This document shows, in pieces, positions 60,664 to 64,000 of a stretch of DNA of 64,000 nucleotides. The translations under genes and the position numbers were made by a program. Position 1 is the first letter of the stretch, and each line of letters starts with the position of its first letter. A model generated the notes under the pieces. The model ran no database searches, was not told the DNA's origin, and was given only the letters and a program-made list of their open reading frames with translations. Source of the DNA: Candidatus Omnitrophota bacterium (GTDB lineage: Bacteria > Omnitrophota > Gorgyraeia > Zapsychrales > JANLHA01); the NCBI GenBank assembly GCA_963662715.1, contig OY759724.1, forward strand, positions 2,074,662-2,138,661, given 5' to 3'.

Positions 60664-61236
60664 ATGCCGGTTACCTTAGCCAATAGGATTACTCTTATCC
60701 GTATTTTGTTAGTGCCATTTTTTATCATGGCGCTTTTGTATTATTCCCCTGAACAAACCTTTTGGCTTCGTGTGGCTTTGGCGATATTATTGCTGGCGGT
60801 GTTCTCGGATATCGCCGACGGGTATTTGGCGAGAAAACGGGGCGAGAAAAGTTCTTTGGGAATTCTGCTGGACCCGTTAGCCGATAAAATGTTATTGATG
60901 AGCGGTTTTATCTGCCTGAATCAGATCGGCGTTCATTTGCCTGTTTTTAGATTCCCGACGTGGTTGATCGTGACGGCCATCAGCAGAGATGTTGTCCTGA
61001 TCGTCGGTTCCGCTTTGATCGTCATTCATCACGGGAGCCTGTGCATTGAAGCGACCTGGTGGGGCAAAATTTCCACGATGAGCCAGGTTGCTGTCATCGC
61101 GGGGATGTTGTTGCAGTGGTCCTGGTCGGAATTGTTGTGGCCTTTTGTCGTCTTGTCCTGCGGGGTGTCAGGCCTGGACTATTTGATGAAAGGATTTAAA
61201 TTATTAAACATCGAGAATCCCGGAGGTTCGTCCTGA
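60664..61236 (+). CDS. pgsA: CDP-diacylglycerol--glycerol-3-phosphate 3-phosphatidyltransferase (CDP-alcohol phosphatidyltransferase family)
   Basis: DIADGYLARKRGEKSSLGILLDPLADK motif. Four to five TM helices. Confidence 0.85.
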   Translation: MPVTLANRITLIRILLVPFFIMALLYYSPEQTFWLRVALAILLLAVFSDIADGYLARKRGEKSSLGILLDPLADKMLLMSGFICLNQIGVHLPVFRFPTWLIVTAISRDVVLIVGSALIVIHHGSLCIEATWWGKISTMSQVAVIAGMLLQWSWSELLWPFVVLSCGVSGLDYLMKGFKLLNIENPGGSS

Positions 61237-61260
61237 CGGGAGTTAACAGAGGATAACAAC

Positions 61261-61881
61261 ATGTTCCTTTTATGGGGATTGATTCTGAGTTATTTGATCG
61301 GCTCGTTTCCAACGGCCTATGTTTTTGTCCGGGTGCTGAAAGGTGTCGATATCAGAGACTATGGTTCGGGCAATGTCGGAGCCACGAATGCCTCCCGTGT
61401 TTTGGGAAAAGGGCCGGGGCTCTTTGTCCTTTTCCTTGATGTCGTCAAGGGCATCCTGCCTGTCGTATGGCTGGGAGGCGCTTTATCCTTGGAGGGCATT
61501 GTTGAATGTGTTTTGTTAGGCGTTGCCGTCGTCTGCGGGCATAACTGGTCCGTCTTTTTAAGGTTCAAAGGGGGGAAAGGCATTGCTACAAGTCTGGGCG
61601 TGTTAATCGGCCTGGCTATGAATTTCCCCCCTTTTCGCCCGGTCCTGATTCTGACATTATCTTTGTGGACAGTTATTTTCTTCGTGACGGGTTATGTTTC
61701 GCTTTCCTCTATAACCGCGGGGTTCGGCTTGCCTGTCTTTATGATCCTGACACATCAGGTTGTAGAGATGATTATTCTAGGATGTATACTTTGTGTCTTT
61801 GTTTTTCTCCGGCATATCCCCAATATCCGACGGCTCCTTCAGGGGCAGGAGTCCCGCATGAATTTGTTCCCCAGAAAGTGA
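61261..61881 (+). CDS. plsY: glycerol-3-phosphate acyltransferase PlsY
   Basis: GSGNVGATNASRVLG and HNWSVFLRFKGGKG blocks. Confidence 0.9.
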   Translation: MFLLWGLILSYLIGSFPTAYVFVRVLKGVDIRDYGSGNVGATNASRVLGKGPGLFVLFLDVVKGILPVVWLGGALSLEGIVECVLLGVAVVCGHNWSVFLRFKGGKGIATSLGVLIGLAMNFPPFRPVLILTLSLWTVIFFVTGYVSLSSITAGFGLPVFMILTHQVVEMIILGCILCVFVFLRHIPNIRRLLQGQESRMNLFPRK

Positions 61882-62143
61882 ATTTCTCTTTCTTTCGGCT
61901 TATTTCCGTAAGTCCTATATTCCCTGCGGGTAGGGGTGCCCACCTGCGCAGCTTTTAAAAAAAATATTGCATAAAAAATTGCCGGTTAAAGAAAGCGTTT
62001 TTTTGTCCCGTCGCTGCCGGAAAAATATTTTTGAAAGAAAGCGCTTTCTCCCCTAAAAGGCGATGACCTTGCCTGCCGGAATCCACATGTTATACTTTGA
62101 TTGTAAGTTCCCAATAAACATTCTTGCCCTTGAGGGGGAGGAC

Positions 62144-62497
62144 ATGCGGAAAATATTATATAAAAAACGCCATTCTTTTAAACACCGTCGGAAAATTATT
62201 TTGATTAAAGAGATGGCCGAAGATAAAGAATGCCGGACAATAGTTCAAAAAAGTTTTATTTACAAAATTAGAAATTCGGGGTATACTAATACTGTTGATA
62301 CGCATCCAGAGATATTCGTTAGAAAACATATTGATAACAAACAGCAGAAAGAAGTTTTTCATTTTAAAGTTAAAGGTTCATTCTCATTGAGGCAGGGACG
62401 GCATTCTTACAAAGTTGAATTTTGTCATATTTTGAAAATAAATATTTTTTGGAAAGCAAAAATTTTCTCCCCCAAAAAGTCAGGAACTCTGACTTAG
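62144..62497 (+). CDS. hypothetical small, highly basic protein (117 aa) in a low-GC islet
   Basis: GGGGGAGG ribosome-binding site then ATG at 62144. About 30% GC versus about 48% in flanks. Strong intrinsic terminator downstream. No recognisable family. Confidence 0.5.
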   Translation: MRKILYKKRHSFKHRRKIILIKEMAEDKECRTIVQKSFIYKIRNSGYTNTVDTHPEIFVRKHIDNKQQKEVFHFKVKGSFSLRQGRHSYKVEFCHILKINIFWKAKIFSPKKSGTLT

Positions 62498-62529
62498 CTG
62501 CTTGTGTTTAATCAACACTAGCCGAGGAT

Positions 62530-62568
62530 GAGCGGCAGTCTTTTCGAAGACTGCCGCTCGTTTTTTAT
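62530..62568 (+). terminator. Rho-independent terminator
   Basis: Perfect 13-bp stem GAGCGGCAGTCTT/AAGACTGCCGCTC with a TTCG loop, followed by GTTTTTTATT. Confidence 0.8.
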
Positions 62569-62665
62569 TCAATAAAATCTTATCTTGAAAACAAAGCACT
62601 TTTTCTATAAACTACCATTAATATTAGAAATTAAAAAAGACTAATAATTTAATATATATTGTCTT

Positions 62666-63433
62666 ATGAGAAACAAAATCGTATGGCTACCTGTTATCAT
62701 ATCAGTGTTGGGCTGTGCTACCGTTCATCCTGATAATAATATATCTCCGCAGACCCCCGTTGGCACTACAGAACAACAGGAGGATGTTGCCGACACAGAG
62801 CTGGATATCCCAGACACCTCCCCGGCTTCTGTTTTAGAGGATATCTCCTTGCAGGATGTGGCAGAGGAATCAGCTTCTTCAGCAGAGGAAGCAGAAAGAT
62901 TGTTAATCCCTTCCGGGTCCGTGTTCGCCAAGACCGTGTTTGAAGGTGTTGTAAAAACAAGCTATGTCCAATTGAGTATTGTTGACATCACCGACCCCCA
63001 AAAAGTTTTTCAACTGATCATCGGGGACAAGGACCGGCAGAAAAATTTGCCGTGGAATATTCAGACAGTCAAACCAGGCTATTTCTTTATCGATTTGCCT
63101 GTTGGGCGGTATCGGATTAATTCGATTACGATCCCCGTGGGGACAACTTTAGCCACAGAGCCGATGGACGTTTCTTTTGATGTTGAGCTGGACAAAACGA
63201 TTTACCTCGGGACATTAAGAGTCATTGGAGAAAAGGAGCGGATTAAACTCGGCGGTGTCCCGATTATCAAGCCGGGTTTTGAATATACCTTGCAGGTCCT
63301 CGATGAAAGAACAGAAGCTCAGAAGGAGTTCCTGCGACGCTTCCCGGAACATCATGGCAGCATTGATTACCAGCTCATGGAAATCAACGCCTTCCGTAAT
63401 ACCCACGAACTTCTCCAGAAGGATAATTCCTGA
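62666..63433 (+). CDS. hypothetical lipoprotein (acidic linker plus beta-rich domain)
   Basis: Signal peptide with lipobox VLGC. Asp/Glu/Ser-rich linker. No recognisable domain. Confidence 0.6.
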   Translation: MRNKIVWLPVIISVLGCATVHPDNNISPQTPVGTTEQQEDVADTELDIPDTSPASVLEDISLQDVAEESASSAEEAERLLIPSGSVFAKTVFEGVVKTSYVQLSIVDITDPQKVFQLIIGDKDRQKNLPWNIQTVKPGYFFIDLPVGRYRINSITIPVGTTLATEPMDVSFDVELDKTIYLGTLRVIGEKERIKLGGVPIIKPGFEYTLQVLDERTEAQKEFLRRFPEHHGSIDYQLMEINAFRNTHELLQKDNS

Positions 63434-63597
63434 AAATATTTTTGAATTTTTGCCGGATCCTCAGCGGAACAAGAGAAAAGAATCGCTGCGGGGAACTAAA
63501 AAAAGTGCAAGAACAGATGGTCAGTTGGGATCTTTATGGTAAAATACGTTCTATAAGTCTTTATTGAGTAAGATTTAACCGTAAAGGAGGTTCTTCA

Positions 63598-64000
63598 TGT
63601 CCAGGACATTAGCTCTTGTTGTTATAGTGATGATGGTGTTGTCGGGATGCGTGACATCATCTCCTAATTCTAGCAATGTCAATATGCTGCAGATGCGGGT
63701 CGGTGAGCTTGAGCGGGAAGTGCAGACAAAGGATAATGAGATCAAAGATTTGCAGTATCAGATTAAAGATTTGAGTTATGAGATTGACCGGTTGAAAAAT
63801 AAATCCCCCCGTATGGAAAAGCGGCCTGCCGTAAGCTCAGCGGTTCCCGCCAGCAGTAAAACAGAGGCGGATGATGATATTATCCGGGTTAAAGCCAGTA
63901 TCCGGCAGGTGCAGGTGGCTCTGAAGAAAGCCGGTTATTATAAAGGAAACATCGACGGGAAAGTCGGAGACATGACCAAGACCGCTATCAGCGATTTTCA
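63598..64000 (+). CDS. lipoprotein with coiled-coil segment and C-terminal peptidoglycan-binding (PG_binding_1-like) domain; 3' end lies outside the window
   Basis: AAGGAGG ribosome-binding site. Lipobox VLSGC. Heptad-like IKDLQYQIKDLSYEIDRLK. ALKKAGYYKGNIDGKVGDMTKTAISDF resembles the PG-binding motif. Confidence 0.65.

Noticed and set aside
61905-61965. Possible intrinsic terminator after plsY (GC-rich palindrome CTGCGGGTAGGGGTGCCCACCTGCGCAG followed by CTTTTAAAAAAAA)
   Set aside because: The stem is interrupted (only 5 clean bp) and the downstream run is A-rich rather than U-rich. Too weak to call.
1-64000. CRISPR arrays, transposases/IS elements, toxin-antitoxin pairs, restriction-modification or other defence systems
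   Set aside because: No regularly spaced direct repeats and no genes with matching signatures were found on either strand. The only repeat noted is a 10-nt direct repeat AAAGAAAGCG x2 near 62000.

Overview
The window is a gene-dense, almost entirely plus-strand block from a bacterium of about 48% GC. Only one gene, a GAF-GGDEF diguanylate cyclase, is on the minus strand. Positions 1 to 23155 form a cell-surface polysaccharide biosynthesis locus. It holds GT1, GT2 and GT26 glycosyltransferases, a SAM-dependent methyltransferase, three Wzy/O-antigen-ligase-like membrane proteins, two GDP-mannose 4,6-dehydratase paralogs, a YfhO-family GT-C membrane protein, an AsnB-like amidotransferase, a bi-domain oxidoreductase, WecB and WecG-like enzymes, and an initiating polyprenyl-phosphate sugar transferase. 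Downstream are housekeeping genes: pgk-tpiA-secG, an Opp/Dpp-type peptide ABC transporter, a transmembrane-plus-TPR protein (putative GT-C glycosyltransferase), glgC, fabV, a small HTH protein overlapping an acyl carrier protein gene, smc, cvpA, a Nif3-like gene, dnaG-rpoD, two tRNAs, a COG1579 zinc-ribbon protein, rnhA, a bacterial RNase P RNA, yebC-ruvC-ruvA, scpB, an aromatic amino acid cluster (pheA, hisC-like aminotransferase, DAHP synthase, tyrA), cmk, lepA-lepB, pgsA and plsY. The window ends with a low-GC islet and lipoprotein genes. No CRISPR array, transposase, integrase or recognisable defence system was seen. The main findings are listed here. First, the RNase P RNA appears to begin inside the 3' end of the rnhA coding sequence. 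Second, two single-base frameshifts fall within 1.5 kb of each other, in smc and in the GGDEF gene. Third, an excisionase-type HTH gene overlaps an ACP gene upstream of smc. Fourth, the polysaccharide locus has three Wzy-like paralogs, two gmd copies and a bi-domain oxidoreductase / unknown protein / AsnB-like module. Fifth, a low-GC islet encodes a small, very basic orphan protein.
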